IMG/VR virus record: IMGVR_UViG_3300009514_000001
Coordinates: 158,006 to 222,005 of that record
Length of the DNA stretch: 64,000 bases
Direction: 5' to 3' (one strand)
Positions 1-11,100 of the stretch are shown here, one piece after another. The notes below the pieces were generated by a model. That model worked only from the letters and a program-made list of their open reading frames with translations. It was not told the DNA's origin and searched no databases. The first letter of the stretch is position 1; every line of letters begins with the position of its first letter. The position numbers were made by a program, and so were the translations under genes.

Positions 1-1197
1 GGTGCTACGCCCCAACTGGTCGACTCCGCCGGGGGATGAGCGGGGTAGTCTGTCCGCGTCGAAGCCGTCGGTCTGCTCTGAGACAGGGAGGCGACCGTCG
101 TGGGTGTGGGAGACCTCGACGCGGTGTTCCGTAAACGACCGAGCCTGGTCACCGAATCCAATGAGGGCGTTGAGGGGGGTTCCCCCGTTGTCCGAGACCA
201 CCGACGCGCGAAACATCGGCTTGCCGCCGTAGACCGCGTCGCTCTGGACTCGTTTGTCAAAGGAAGTCCCCTGGGACGTCACGAACAGACCCTGCTGAAG
301 GAAGTCGTAGGGGTCGATGTTCGGTTCCAGGAACAGGCCGGAGACGGTTGTGTTGTTCAGGGTGCCGTCCGCCTGGAGGCGGTCGAACACCGGGTTCGAA
401 GTGAGGAACCCCTGGGGATGGGAGGAGGCGAACTCCCTCAACTCCTCGTCGGTGAACGGCCGGTTCTCGGAGACGTTGATTTGGCGTGGACCCGCCCAGT
501 CAACCCCGTCAGAGAACATCTGAGTCGGCAGGTAGGTCGCATCGCGTTGGACCTGTCCGCTATACATGCGGACGCCGCCGAGAGCCTCAAAGTGCTGAAG
601 GGCGCGGATTACGAGAGCCTGGTCGGCGTCTCGAAGTCGAATCTCATTACAGCGGCGATTGAGGAGGGCCACCCCCTCGTCGAGGACGATGTCAGAGCCC
701 TGAGAACTGGAGAGGACGATGTTGCCGGGATTGAGGTGGCGGAGCTTGTGACGCTTGCGCTTATACCTCCCCGAGACGAAGTGGCTGTCCTTCGGGTCGA
801 AGGACCACTCGTCGGGGGCAAAGGGCTGAGACACCATCCAGTCATGTCCCATCCAAGTGCCTGGCAGAATCCACCCCAAGACAACAGGGGTGGTCGTCCG
901 CCCGTCTGTCTCCTGGGCAAGGTGTCCGATAATGCAGTAGTCCCCCTCCTCAGGTAGGGCGAGGATGCCATGTCGAGCCCCCGCCGCCGGGTAGGTGATA
1001 GGCACGGGAACCCGTTGAAACTCCTGGTCCGAGCCGATGACCTGGCGCAAGGTGAGGTTGTGTTCCTCGTAGTTGACAGTCACCACCAGGGCGACGCCAA
1101 GGGTCATCGCGGAAGCGCCATCTGACGTGCGTTGCTTCTTAGCCTGAATCCGTGGAGCTAGGTCACTAACGATGTCCCCGCGGGTCATGTCAACCAT
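1..1197 (-). CDS. Baseplate spike protein (Gp5/gpV-like OB fold), runs off the left edge
   Basis: Absent from the ORF track, consistent with no stop inside the window. ATG at 1197, just after the hub stop. Manual translation MVDMTRGD...VVTVNYEEHNLTLRQ...YPAAGARHGILALPEEGDYCIIG matches the P-x-x-G-D OB-fold pattern of spike proteins. Follows the hub gene. Confidence 0.65.
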   Translation of the reverse strand, partial: MVDMTRGDIVSDLAPRIQAKKQRTSDGASAMTLGVALVVTVNYEEHNLTLRQVIGSDQEFQRVPVPITYPAAGARHGILALPEEGDYCIIGHLAQETDGRTTTPVVLGWILPGTWMGHDWMVSQPFAPDEWSFDPKDSHFVSGRYKRKRHKLRHLNPGNIVLSSSQGSDIVLDEGVALLNRRCNEIRLRDADQALVIRALQHFEALGGVRMYSGQVQRDATYLPTQMFSDGVDWAGPRQINVSENRPFTDEELREFASSHPQGFLTSNPVFDRLQADGTLNNTTVSGLFLEPNIDPYDFLQQGLFVTSQGTSFDKRVQSDAVYGGKPMFRASVVSDNGGTPLNALIGFGDQARSFTEHRVEVSHTHDGRLPVSEQTDGFDADRLPRSSPGGVDQLGRST

Positions 1198-1199
1198 CG

Positions 1200-4100
1200 T
1201 CAGCCTCCCGTGCCAATATCGATGTCACCGATGCTTTCCCCGGCCGCCCCCACCGCCTCGACAGACTCGCCAAGAGCCCTTGCCTGGTTGTCAAGCTGTT
1301 CCAGAGACTGGCGACCGAAGTCCGGCAGCTTGTCCCAGGTCTCCACACCTCTCTTGAATGCCTGAGAGAGCTGGTTGGCGCTGCGGTCGAGCTGCTTGCC
1401 TCTAAGGGCATTCTGGACGTGTCCGTGGCCGACGGCGTTCTGGAGCATGACGTCCTGGGCAAACTGAGTGACCCGGTCCGCCGTAGGTTCTACGACCGAC
1501 ACGAATCTTTCCGTCGAGAATGCCTCGATGAGGACGTCTGCCTGAGCCGCCCGACAGTCGCAGGTCCTGAGATCGGCGAAGATGTCGAGATCGGCCACCG
1601 TGAAGGCCGTGTTGGCCACCGAGAGTTTGAGGACACCCTCGTTGTGTCGGGCCATCCAGTTGTTGAGAGCGACGCTGTTCTGGGTCTCCGGGTTGAGCAG
1701 AAGTTCCCGCAGCTCGTCGGGGGCTCCCGGATTAGCCAGAATGGAGTCGACCAGACGCCTCTCAGCGGCTGTCCTCACGGGGTCGAACGTATCCTCACTC
1801 CCCGTTCGGTTGCCGTCCTCGTCAACGAAGCTCAGAGAGTTGGGCTGTTGCCCTCGGAGGACGTCGACAAAGTCCTCGACTGCCTGGGGGTCCGCAAACT
1901 GAAGGGGGTCAGTGAAGGCAAGCTGCTCCATCGACTCCGAGCCCTGAATTTGAAGTCCTCGCCCATACCGGTAGTTCCCGATTACCTCGTACCCACCTTC
2001 GTCGGAGACGGGGAACACGGGACTGTGTATGGGCTCTTCTTTGTTCTTTCCGGCCTTCCTCTTTCGAGCTAGCTTGAACTTAGCCTTCTTCCAGGCTGCC
2101 CGGAGGTTTGTCCGGAAGACCTTCTCCGCCGCCTTCTGAGCGCCCTTCGTCTGCCCCCCGACAACCTTGGACCAGAGGACCCTCAACTCTACGCTGGCGT
2201 CCTCGAAAAGGCGTTGCGTGAACACAGGTTGCAGAACAGCCACCAACCCTTCGAGAGAAAGCCCCATCAAGTCAGCAAGCACACCAAACTCGTCCAGAGA
2301 GGTAGATGTGGGTACAGAAAGGGACCCATAGGAGATCGTGACCGGGAAGGGAGGGGCCCTCTGAGGGTCCGCCTTAACCCATCGAGAGGTGGCCTCGGTC
2401 CAAGAGGGAGAAAACAACTCCTCAAGGGTCTCCGTACCGGCCTTGGCGACCACTCCAAACTTGGAGAAGAGAAAAGATCTATAGCTCTCGTCCAGCCCGT
2501 CGAAATGGTGTTTGTACTCATAAGTCGTGAGTTTGCGTCTAGTGAGGTCCTTAGACTCTTGGAAGCTAATGGTCTGGATTTGTTCGGTCGACATAACCTC
2601 CTCCCCGAAGGGACGAAGAATACGGAGACCATTGGACACAGGACCTAGACCCAGCTCGGCGTCGGGGAGGGTACCGTCGGGGAAAAGTTTGCTGGGAAAC
2701 ACAAACTGAGAGACCTCCCGAGGGACCTCCAAGGGGTCTAGGCCTTGTTGCTTTGGGTTCGGGTGGGCAGAGCTGAAATAACGATAGAACCCAGGCTGAG
2801 TGCCGTTGGAGAAAATTGCCTTCTTGTCGCTGAGAACCTCAAGGAGGGCGGCACTGCTGTTGGGGTCTGGGAAATCAACATTGGCTGACAGAAAGCTATC
2901 CCCGATAGACCTCACAAGCGTGATGAGGACCTGGATGTCGTCGTCGCTCTGAAGAGACCTCTGGATGATGTTCTGCTCAGTTCGGGTGAAGTCCTGGGTC
3001 AGGTCAGATATCGTCTTCTGAAGCTCGGAGACCTCACGGGTGAGGTTGGCAATCTCAGCCTCCACCGCCTCCGGGACCGTCCCATCATTGTCGAGGACCT
3101 CTTGTCGTTGTTCCTCAAGCTCCCCTATACGGAACTGCTTATCCTTGATGAGTTGGCTCTTTTGTCCCACCAGCTCCTCGACCTCCTCCAACCTTCCGCC
3201 GGTTTGACTGGTGATGGCGGCGTAGCTCGCGGAGGCTGCGAAGAGGGACTCGAAGGTGAACGTACGACGCACACGCCCGTCGCTATCAGGAAGGCGAGTT
3301 GCAGTGTTCCCGTCGAACTCGGAGGAGTCTTCACTGACCCTGACTGAGGCCGACTGAGCGTTGTCGATGAAGAAGACGAAGTTGCCGCTGCCCGAGGGCT
3401 CCTCGCTGATGATACCATAGCTCTTGGCGAGGCTGATGATGTTCTTGACCACTTGGGGATTAGAAATGTCTTCGAGGTCGGTACCCGCCAGGAAGAACAA
3501 GGGGTTGGTGTTCTCTGGGTCCAGAGCCATGACGACGTTGGGCATCCCCGACAAGGTCGGATGGCCACCAGGACTGAGGACCTCCAGGGGAGTTTGAGGA
3601 AGTGCCGTATTGGCCAGGTCAACATTGTCGACCCCAAAACTGCCAATTTTTCCAGGGATTCCAGGAGGGTAGAACTTAGCCCTCTTACCAACCAGAGAGA
3701 GGCTGGACGTACATTGACCTCCCCAGACCATGCTGTGGTTCATGCTCTGGACGTAGTAGAAGACGTCCAGAGACTCGATATAGATAGGGTATCCAGGTCT
3801 CATCTCGGGGCGCTGGGGGATGGTCAGAGAGGCCGCATGGACCCCTACGTTCATCACAGCAAGACGGTTGACAGCGGCGAAGAACATTGACCTCTCGTCA
3901 GAGAAGTAAGAGGTCTCGAAAGACCCCGGCCGCCAACCAAACTGAGCAACCAACTTGTAGTCGATGAATTGACCACGAACACCCCACTCGTTCTCCACCC
4001 CCGTACCCTTGAGGTTCTTGAACTGGGAGCCAGTCATCGTGACGTAAGTGGCCTCGGGCTCCTTCTCCGTGTGATTCAGGGAGATGATGTCGATGTCCTT

Positions 4101-5369
4101 GATGACGTAAACGCGGTTAGAGCGTGTGTCGAGGTTGTACATCGGAGGCTTGAACACGAAGTCGCCGTCGACGTCTTGGTAGAACTCCCAGCCCGTGATC
4201 TCGCGAACTTTGTTCACCATGTCCAGCTTGGATTCGTAAGTCGACTCCCATAGATTGACCGGACCCATCTGATTGATGTCTTGAACAAACGCTTGCATCG
4301 CCGCGATGTTGATCTCCGTACCTCTCACATTCCCACTCTTGGGGGAGGCGGACGGCCTGCTCAGCTCTGCCGCGGTGACATCTAGGCCGGTTACTCGCTC
4401 TTCGCCGGTGACGGGGTCTTTGACCACACGGACTAGATTGAGGGTCTGCGCCGCGGACAGGATATCGAACTTCTTCGTCTTGCCACCCTTGACCTTCCAC
4501 TGGTCCCTGAGGATGGTATTCACCTCATCCCCACTGAGGCGTCCCAGGAACGCTGCCTGGGCTGTCGAAAACACCTGCCCGGACATCCCGTGCATGCGAA
4601 GGTTGATCATTCGAGTAGAGAAGCGCTGTTCCCAGTAGCGGATGTTGGAGGAGAACAGAGACTCGCCGAGGAGTGTCGACTTGGCATTGACGTTCGACTT
4701 GTTACTCAAGGCGAAGGCAACGCCTCCAGCCGCTCCCGCAGTATCATGGAACAGCGTATAGATGATGGAGAACGGAGTGAACCCGTTGAACACATGACCG
4801 ACGAAAGTCGTCCTAAGACCTGAGTTGGTCGGCCTGGCTCCGAAGATAGAGGCGTTGGTGCTCATGTTGTGGTACTGCCAGAAGTGCAACATGCTCGCGC
4901 AGTTGAGGGAGATCTCCTGGAAACCCCCGCTGTAGCTGTGGTCGACCTGAGTCACGACTCCGTGAAACACGTGGAAGTACGGATAGGCCGGAAGTCGACT
5001 CACGTCAGTGCCACCCATCTCCTCGGGAGTGATGTTCTTGTACAGGCCGCGGACCGCAAAGTAGCCGCGGAAGTAGACGTGAACCTCCAGACCCGGCCGG
5101 AGCAGGAACTGGGCGTCCCTGTGGAACTGGTCCTTACTGTGAAGAGGAACCGCGAGGGACACCTGAGCAGAGGCGCTTGCGGGGTCTACTCCAGCATCCA
5201 CTGACACCTGGGTGATGAACCTCTGGATGTCGATGCGCCCACCACACTTGGCGCACCCGGGGAGCGCGGTGTCTCCGTTGATGAACACCAGAGCATCCGG
5301 AGTGTGTTGCACCAGCTTCCGGTTGTTGAGCTGCCAGGTTCCGACATATGGTCTGTGTTCGATACCCAT
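1200..5369 (-). CDS. Baseplate hub-like tail protein with a large coiled-coil/C-terminal extension (1389 aa)
   Basis: Long ORF after the tape measure and initiator genes. Hub-like motifs include FHGVVTQV, WEFYQDVDGDFVFKPP and PEMRPGYPIY...YYVQSMNHS. Confidence 0.65.
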   Translation of the reverse strand: MGIEHRPYVGTWQLNNRKLVQHTPDALVFINGDTALPGCAKCGGRIDIQRFITQVSVDAGVDPASASAQVSLAVPLHSKDQFHRDAQFLLRPGLEVHVYFRGYFAVRGLYKNITPEEMGGTDVSRLPAYPYFHVFHGVVTQVDHSYSGGFQEISLNCASMLHFWQYHNMSTNASIFGARPTNSGLRTTFVGHVFNGFTPFSIIYTLFHDTAGAAGGVAFALSNKSNVNAKSTLLGESLFSSNIRYWEQRFSTRMINLRMHGMSGQVFSTAQAAFLGRLSGDEVNTILRDQWKVKGGKTKKFDILSAAQTLNLVRVVKDPVTGEERVTGLDVTAAELSRPSASPKSGNVRGTEINIAAMQAFVQDINQMGPVNLWESTYESKLDMVNKVREITGWEFYQDVDGDFVFKPPMYNLDTRSNRVYVIKDIDIISLNHTEKEPEATYVTMTGSQFKNLKGTGVENEWGVRGQFIDYKLVAQFGWRPGSFETSYFSDERSMFFAAVNRLAVMNVGVHAASLTIPQRPEMRPGYPIYIESLDVFYYVQSMNHSMVWGGQCTSSLSLVGKRAKFYPPGIPGKIGSFGVDNVDLANTALPQTPLEVLSPGGHPTLSGMPNVVMALDPENTNPLFFLAGTDLEDISNPQVVKNIISLAKSYGIISEEPSGSGNFVFFIDNAQSASVRVSEDSSEFDGNTATRLPDSDGRVRRTFTFESLFAASASYAAITSQTGGRLEEVEELVGQKSQLIKDKQFRIGELEEQRQEVLDNDGTVPEAVEAEIANLTREVSELQKTISDLTQDFTRTEQNIIQRSLQSDDDIQVLITLVRSIGDSFLSANVDFPDPNSSAALLEVLSDKKAIFSNGTQPGFYRYFSSAHPNPKQQGLDPLEVPREVSQFVFPSKLFPDGTLPDAELGLGPVSNGLRILRPFGEEVMSTEQIQTISFQESKDLTRRKLTTYEYKHHFDGLDESYRSFLFSKFGVVAKAGTETLEELFSPSWTEATSRWVKADPQRAPPFPVTISYGSLSVPTSTSLDEFGVLADLMGLSLEGLVAVLQPVFTQRLFEDASVELRVLWSKVVGGQTKGAQKAAEKVFRTNLRAAWKKAKFKLARKRKAGKNKEEPIHSPVFPVSDEGGYEVIGNYRYGRGLQIQGSESMEQLAFTDPLQFADPQAVEDFVDVLRGQQPNSLSFVDEDGNRTGSEDTFDPVRTAAERRLVDSILANPGAPDELRELLLNPETQNSVALNNWMARHNEGVLKLSVANTAFTVADLDIFADLRTCDCRAAQADVLIEAFSTERFVSVVEPTADRVTQFAQDVMLQNAVGHGHVQNALRGKQLDRSANQLSQAFKRGVETWDKLPDFGRQSLEQLDNQARALGESVEAVGAAGESIGDIDIGTGG

Positions 5370-5374
5370 CTGAA

Positions 5375-7444
5375 CTAATTACCTAGCGCCACGACTTCGC
5401 CATCCGGTCCTATGACAGTACCGTCGGGGAAGAATTCCAGTCCCTCATCGAACACGATTCCGTCGTCAAACTCGATATCGTCTTCCTCGGCCAGTTCGAT
5501 TTCAAACCCTTGGTCGTTTGTCGACAGGGAGTCCATGCTCGACGTCTCGGAGGCCGCCGCGATAGCCGCCGCCTCGGGTGAGACCGCCTGTGCCCGGTCT
5601 TCCTCGTCGACGAGGCCAAGGCCCTGAAACAGGTCTGTCGTAGGCTCCAGGGTCTGTCCAACCCAACGAGGGTCGGAAGGACTCATCGTAGGAGAGTTCA
5701 GCGGCAGGACATTCTCGACCGGCTGGTGGTTGTCGTACATCTGGCTGATTGCGAACTCCAACTCGAATGTGATCTTGCCATTCTGGTTCTCGTTCTCGTC
5801 ATAGCCAAAGCTGAACGAATTGAACTGCCCAACGTGAGTCCACTGGTCGTAGTCAATGGCCAGAGCCCCTACGAAGAGATTGGCGTTCGTGTTTCCGACG
5901 GTGTCGTAGATGTACCCGGCGTTCTTGTAGAACGTCAGCAGGCTCATCAGGTTCTGGAAGCTAGCGGAGTCTCGCTTCGACGCAAACTGAACCCCAGAGA
6001 CCGAAGGAAGCCCCCCTTCAGGAGGGACGACGCCCGCGTCGGGTGAGACCCCTGCGACGAAGGCTCCGATAGTCCCAGAGACGGACATGACAGGCTGCTC
6101 CTCCCCCCAACGCTGGAAGACGTACCCCTTGCGCGTCCTCTGGGAGAACTGCTGGATGCTCGTGTACTGGATGCTCATTGACGTAGGGTTGATGAGCAGA
6201 GTCAGAGGCGGTACTTCCAACATGGTCTGGAGCTGGGCTGCGATGTCCCCCGCCGTCAGACGGTCGGCAAACCCGGGCTCCTGGAAAGAGTTACGGTCGT
6301 TCTGTCGCTCAACCCCTAGGGAGACATAGGTCTCGGCCGAGATAGAGCTGCGACCCGCCCCACCCACATCGATGCCGATGAGCTGGCTGACGGCGGCCTC
6401 TCTGGCAGCCTTTGCCTCTGCAAAGGAGCTATGACGGGCACCTGTCGACTCCAGGATGCCGATGGTGGGGGTCTCCTCTCCGGTGGCGTTCCGGGACTGT
6501 GTCGGCCCGTCGAGGCCCATCTCCGCGTTGACCCGGTCTTCCTCCCCGTTCACCTCAGAGGCGAGGCCGAAGAACTCCGCTTCACTAGGGACTGTCCGGA
6601 GAGCGGCAAGGGTACCTCTGGCGGCTGCTCTAGCCTCGTCAACAGACGCAAAGAACCCAGCTCCTGTAAAGGTCTCCTCAGACAGCTCTCGGATACCAAA
6701 ACCAACCGTTGACTCATAGACCCCCAGAAACTGACTCCCCTCGTTTGCCTCAAAGGCTTGGAAGTTTGCTTCAGAGAAGTTGTCGAAAAAACCCGAAGCA
6801 GCCAGTTCGGTAATTTCAACAACCGAAGCCTGGCCTTCCTCGACGACAACACCCGTAGTAGAGAGGCCGAAGAACTCCGCCTCGTCGGGGAACTGTCGAA
6901 GAGCAGAAAGAGTACCCCTAACAGCTGCCCTGGCCTCGTCAACAGACGAGAGGAACCCGGCCCCCGTAAAGGTATTCCCAGACAATTCTCGGATGCCAAA
7001 CCCAATCGTGGACTCATAGACCCCTAGAAACTGACGCCCCTCGTTTGCCTCGAAGGCCTGGAAGTTTTCCTCAGAGAAGTTGTCGAAAAACCCAGAAGCA
7101 GCCAGTTCGGCAATCTCAGTAACCGAAAGCTGGCCTTCCTCGGCGGCCACTATGCCCGCCGAGGGGGTCGCCTCTGAAGACTCGTCCAGGGTGGAGTTGT
7201 TGCTCGCCTGGTCCAGGGCCGATTCGAACACCAGAGGAGGGACCAGGGAGATGGTGAAGGGGGACAGCAGCCGCAGGAAGGTCTTGGAGCCGTCGATGGG
7301 GAGGCCGGGCTGAATCTCGAACGAGCGCCCAAACTGAGGCCCGGAACGCAACGCCTCGTATACGTTGGCCGCCGGAACGGTTCCGATGCCGCGGAGCTTT
7401 TTCTGGACGTCGCCAGACCGGTCGAATTTCTTGGTCTGAGACAT
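5375..7444 (-). CDS. Baseplate/tail-tube-initiator-like protein with an internal 100-aa duplication
   Basis: Likely start is ATG 7444 (TAATG overlap with the upstream stop). The segment LLINPTSMSIQY...QRWGE resembles LHVNPASMKFSY...QHFGE of the neighbouring gene. Confidence 0.55.
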   Translation of the reverse strand: MSQTKKFDRSGDVQKKLRGIGTVPAANVYEALRSGPQFGRSFEIQPGLPIDGSKTFLRLLSPFTISLVPPLVFESALDQASNNSTLDESSEATPSAGIVAAEEGQLSVTEIAELAASGFFDNFSEENFQAFEANEGRQFLGVYESTIGFGIRELSGNTFTGAGFLSSVDEARAAVRGTLSALRQFPDEAEFFGLSTTGVVVEEGQASVVEITELAASGFFDNFSEANFQAFEANEGSQFLGVYESTVGFGIRELSEETFTGAGFFASVDEARAAARGTLAALRTVPSEAEFFGLASEVNGEEDRVNAEMGLDGPTQSRNATGEETPTIGILESTGARHSSFAEAKAAREAAVSQLIGIDVGGAGRSSISAETYVSLGVERQNDRNSFQEPGFADRLTAGDIAAQLQTMLEVPPLTLLINPTSMSIQYTSIQQFSQRTRKGYVFQRWGEEQPVMSVSGTIGAFVAGVSPDAGVVPPEGGLPSVSGVQFASKRDSASFQNLMSLLTFYKNAGYIYDTVGNTNANLFVGALAIDYDQWTHVGQFNSFSFGYDENENQNGKITFELEFAISQMYDNHQPVENVLPLNSPTMSPSDPRWVGQTLEPTTDLFQGLGLVDEEDRAQAVSPEAAAIAAASETSSMDSLSTNDQGFEIELAEEDDIEFDDGIVFDEGLEFFPDGTVIGPDGEVVALGN
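6564..7142. repeat. Intragenic direct repeat, two copies, 300-bp period
   Basis: tgtcgaaaaa occurs at 6781 and 7081. The peptide ELAASGFFDNFSE...EAEFFGL is present twice. Confidence 0.9.
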
Positions 7445-8178
7445 TAGGGGGCAATCTCCCACCCAGAGGTCGTCTCTGTCTGGGCCTGTTCGCCCTCAAG
7501 GGCAACAGCAGCCTCCCTCTCACGGAGTGTCTCGACCAGCTCCCGCTCTCCAAGGTCGATGAGACCCTCGTCACTGAACGGACGGGACGACACGCTGCGC
7601 AGATTCAGGAACTCGTGTGCGATGGTGAAGTCGGTGCTCAGGGTGAACTGGTAGGGCTTCTCGGCATCCTCCGTGACGTTGAACCCATTGAACCACCCGA
7701 GCCACTCGCCGCCGTCGAAGGTGCACTTGATGATGCCCTGGAACACGACCGTCCCTCGGGAGTCGAAGACGGACCCGTTGCAGTGGAACAGGGCCAGCAT
7801 GTCGAGGTACTTGTCGTAGGCGATGGTGTCTCGCCGGGTACCCCCGACTTCGTAACCGCCCCCGGTAATACTCGTGAGACCCGTGTAGAGCCGCATGAAA
7901 CCACCAGTGGACATGTCAAAGGAGATGGACTCGACGCCCTCCCCGAAGTGTTGTTCGACGAAGCCACCGAGCGTCTGGATGCGCTCGATGAGTTTGGTGT
8001 AACTGAACTTCATCGAAGCCGGGTTGACATGAAGGACCAGCCTGAGGTCCTCGGGGAGTAGGCTCGTCTCAAAGTCCGGGGCCAGGACGTCGAACACGAC
8101 AGGGCGTTTGCCCTGTCCAGAGAACTCGTCCTGGGGAGAAACAAAGGCGCTCTGGAAGATGGGGAGAGAACGAGCCAA
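7444..8178 (-). CDS. Tail-tube-initiator/baseplate-like protein (244 aa)
   Basis: Immediately follows the tape measure. Has the VNP-x-S motif and a GWFNGFNVTEDAEKPYQF-type C-terminus. Confidence 0.55.
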   Translation of the reverse strand: MARSLPIFQSAFVSPQDEFSGQGKRPVVFDVLAPDFETSLLPEDLRLVLHVNPASMKFSYTKLIERIQTLGGFVEQHFGEGVESISFDMSTGGFMRLYTGLTSITGGGYEVGGTRRDTIAYDKYLDMLALFHCNGSVFDSRGTVVFQGIIKCTFDGGEWLGWFNGFNVTEDAEKPYQFTLSTDFTIAHEFLNLRSVSSRPFSDEGLIDLGERELVETLREREAAVALEGEQAQTETTSGWEIAP

Positions 8179-8181
8179 AGG

Positions 8182-11100
8182 TTACCTCTGAATGAGCCCG
8201 GCCTCCTTGAAGACCTGCTTGACGGTTCGGTAGACCGTCGCCGTGTCGCCGGTGATGTTGATGTTGATGGTCGTGTTTTTGCCAGCAGTTTGAGCTGCTT
8301 GGGGTCGAGCACCACCAACGCCCTCTTGGAGAAGTCGGTCGAGAGGACCTCCTGACTTAGCGCCAAGAATGGTATCTCGACCACTAAAGGGAACGACCTG
8401 CCCACCAGGACGGAGGATGAAGTCCTGTTGTTCTTTTTGGCTCTTATTGAACTCCGCCACAGACATACCCGAGTCTTGGAGGGCCTTACTCCTCCTCTTC
8501 AAATCCCCTATGTCTAGCCTCTCCTCCCTTTCAGTTATCCTTTTCAGGCCTTCTGTCGTCCCGTAGAAGTCCATGATAGCCTGCTGGAACGCTTCTTCGG
8601 AACTGTAGTCTTCTCTTTTTGGAGGACCTTTGGGCTTCTTGGGCTTCTTGGGCTTCCCATCTGAGACATCATCCGGCCCATCTGAGACATCATCCGGCCC
8701 TATCGGCTGAGGGGGTGGAGGCTGGTCGGGAGGAGGGCCTCCGCCTCCGGGTCTCCCCGAGCCGACACCACCACCCATGCCGCCGCCTGGAGCAATCCCC
8801 ATACGAGAGAGAGTGATCAGAGCCCTGATGTCCCCAGTGCTGGCCAGCTCAATGAGTTCCATCATCTCCTTAGAGGGACCGCCTGGACCAGACACCCTCA
8901 AGGCTGCCTGCATCAGTTGGCTCTTCAGCTGACTCTTGGTGAACTCATCTGCAATCTGCTTTGCCTGCTTGGCATTCATCTTCACGGTCTCACTAAGAGA
9001 CTCCTCGTGCAGACTCTTACGCTGTTTTGCCGCATCCTCTTGGAGGTTGATTTGCCTCCCCATATCCTTCCGCAGAGCCAGGTCAGCAGCCTCCTCCGCC
9101 TCAACGATGTTCCCCACCCCCTCCTGGTAAACCTCGTCGAATGCCTTCTGTCCCGCTACCTCCAGGGCTGGGTCAAGAAACTCCATCCCGACACCCAAGC
9201 CCCTCTGAGTCCGAAACTCCTGGAGAGTCCCTTCGGACACGGCCCCGGCCGCCTGCTGAACCTGGTAGAACTTACCTCCCGCCTCGGCAAACTTGGCAGG
9301 CAATTCCGCCAACCCCTTCAGCTCCGCCTGGAGGCCGGACAGTTTCTCCTCTTTGCGTCCCGCCTCGATGTCAACGCCCGCACCACCCCAGAGGCCCTTC
9401 GTAGTGGCGTAGGCCGCCCCCTCAAACAGCCCCCCGGGCCTACTTACACCCACCTGTTCGGTCGTGAGATCAGCAGCTAGTTTTCCGGCAGTCTCTGCGA
9501 TGCCTTTGGTTGACAACTGTTGCCCAACCAACTCCTCAATGGACCGACCCTGAGCCAGGCCCCCGCCCGTAACACCGACAACATCTTGCATGACCGCGTC
9601 TCGAAGCAGAGAGGCCGCGTCTTCGGTTAGGCCGGACGTCATAGAGTCCAGAGTTCCCTCGACGGATTTGCGAATACTTTCTGCGGCGTCCACTCCCTTG
9701 GTATTCTCCACGGCGGCCATCATCTGCTCGAACTTTCCAGCCTTGGCTTCCTCAAAACTCTTGCGGTCCATGGCGGAAGAGATATCCCGCTGTGACTCCT
9801 TTTCCGTGAGAGCCCCTATCAGGAGGTTTGCGGAGTGCTCCTGGAGAGCCTTTAGCTCTTCTTCCAGTTTGACTTTCTCGTCGCCAGAAGCCTTGTCCAT
9901 CTCGATTTGCTTGTCGGCGACCTCCTTCTCCTTTGCCGCCCGAGCATTCAGGAACCTCTTCTCAGCCTCCTGGGACTCCGCCAGCGCCTTCCGACGTTCT
10001 TCGGCACTAATGCCCTCCTCCCCGCTCATGTAAGACCAGATGTCGAGCATCACACTGTAGATTTTCTCCAAGACCCCCTGAACCCCTATCTCCATCATGG
10101 TTGCGAGGTCCGTGGTGTTTGACGCAATCGCTTTCGCGAAGGCCGTGTTCTCCTCAAGACCTACCTCAGATGCCCGAGCAATCATGTCACCTTGGGACTG
10201 GATGTACTCCCCGAGGCTCTCAATAGCCCTTTCTGTGCCGGGAACTATCCCCCCCTGCTCATCGAGCTGGGCCTGGACTATTCTGCCGTTCTGGTCAACG
10301 AAAGCCCCGAAAGCGTCCATGTCCTTCTGCTGAAGCGCTCGTATCTCCTCTTGGGTTTTGTTGGCGTACGCTGCCGCGGGGTCAGCAGCAATCTCTTTCA
10401 GGGTGGAAAAGTTGCCACGAATACCCTTATCGACCTCCTTCAAGATCTCCAGTTGCTCGCCGCTAACTCCAGTACCAGCCTCGAACGCAGCAAGTTGCTC
10501 AGCGTCCATCTCGGCCAGAGGAGTACTAATCACGTCAGCAAACTCCCCCAACTTGGCTGCGAGGACACCGCCCATGTCGAGAGCCCCCATGTTCCTAGAC
10601 ATATTGTCCATACCACCAGCAGCACCTTCTGACACCTTGATTAGCTTGCTCAACTCGCGAGACATACCCTCATCCTCGCGACGAATCTTGGCCAACAAAA
10701 CTGCCTGTTTTTTGGGGTCCATCTTGCCCAGTTGAGAGACGAGTTGCTTTCTTGTCTCATCTCCCTTCTTCGGGTCAGTGAGCATGCCAAAATCGATAGA
10801 CACCCCAGCCCCCTCCAAGGCCTTCTGCATGGCTGGCGTGGTCTCCTCAAACTTCTGACCAAACGCGAAAGCAATGTCGTCAGCCGAGTTCTCGAAGATT
10901 TTTTCCATTTTTCCCGAGCCCGTCGTCATGACACGCTTGAACCGGTCAGTCATGGATTCGTCGACAAACCCCTTCTTCAACTCCTGGAGGAAGTCCCCAG
11001 CGACCCTGCTGCCGAGGATTTTGCCGAGGCGGACGAGGAGGCCGGCCGCCTCGTCCAGACGGGAGTTGTACATCGACATCCCAGAGGTAGCCTGCTGGAC

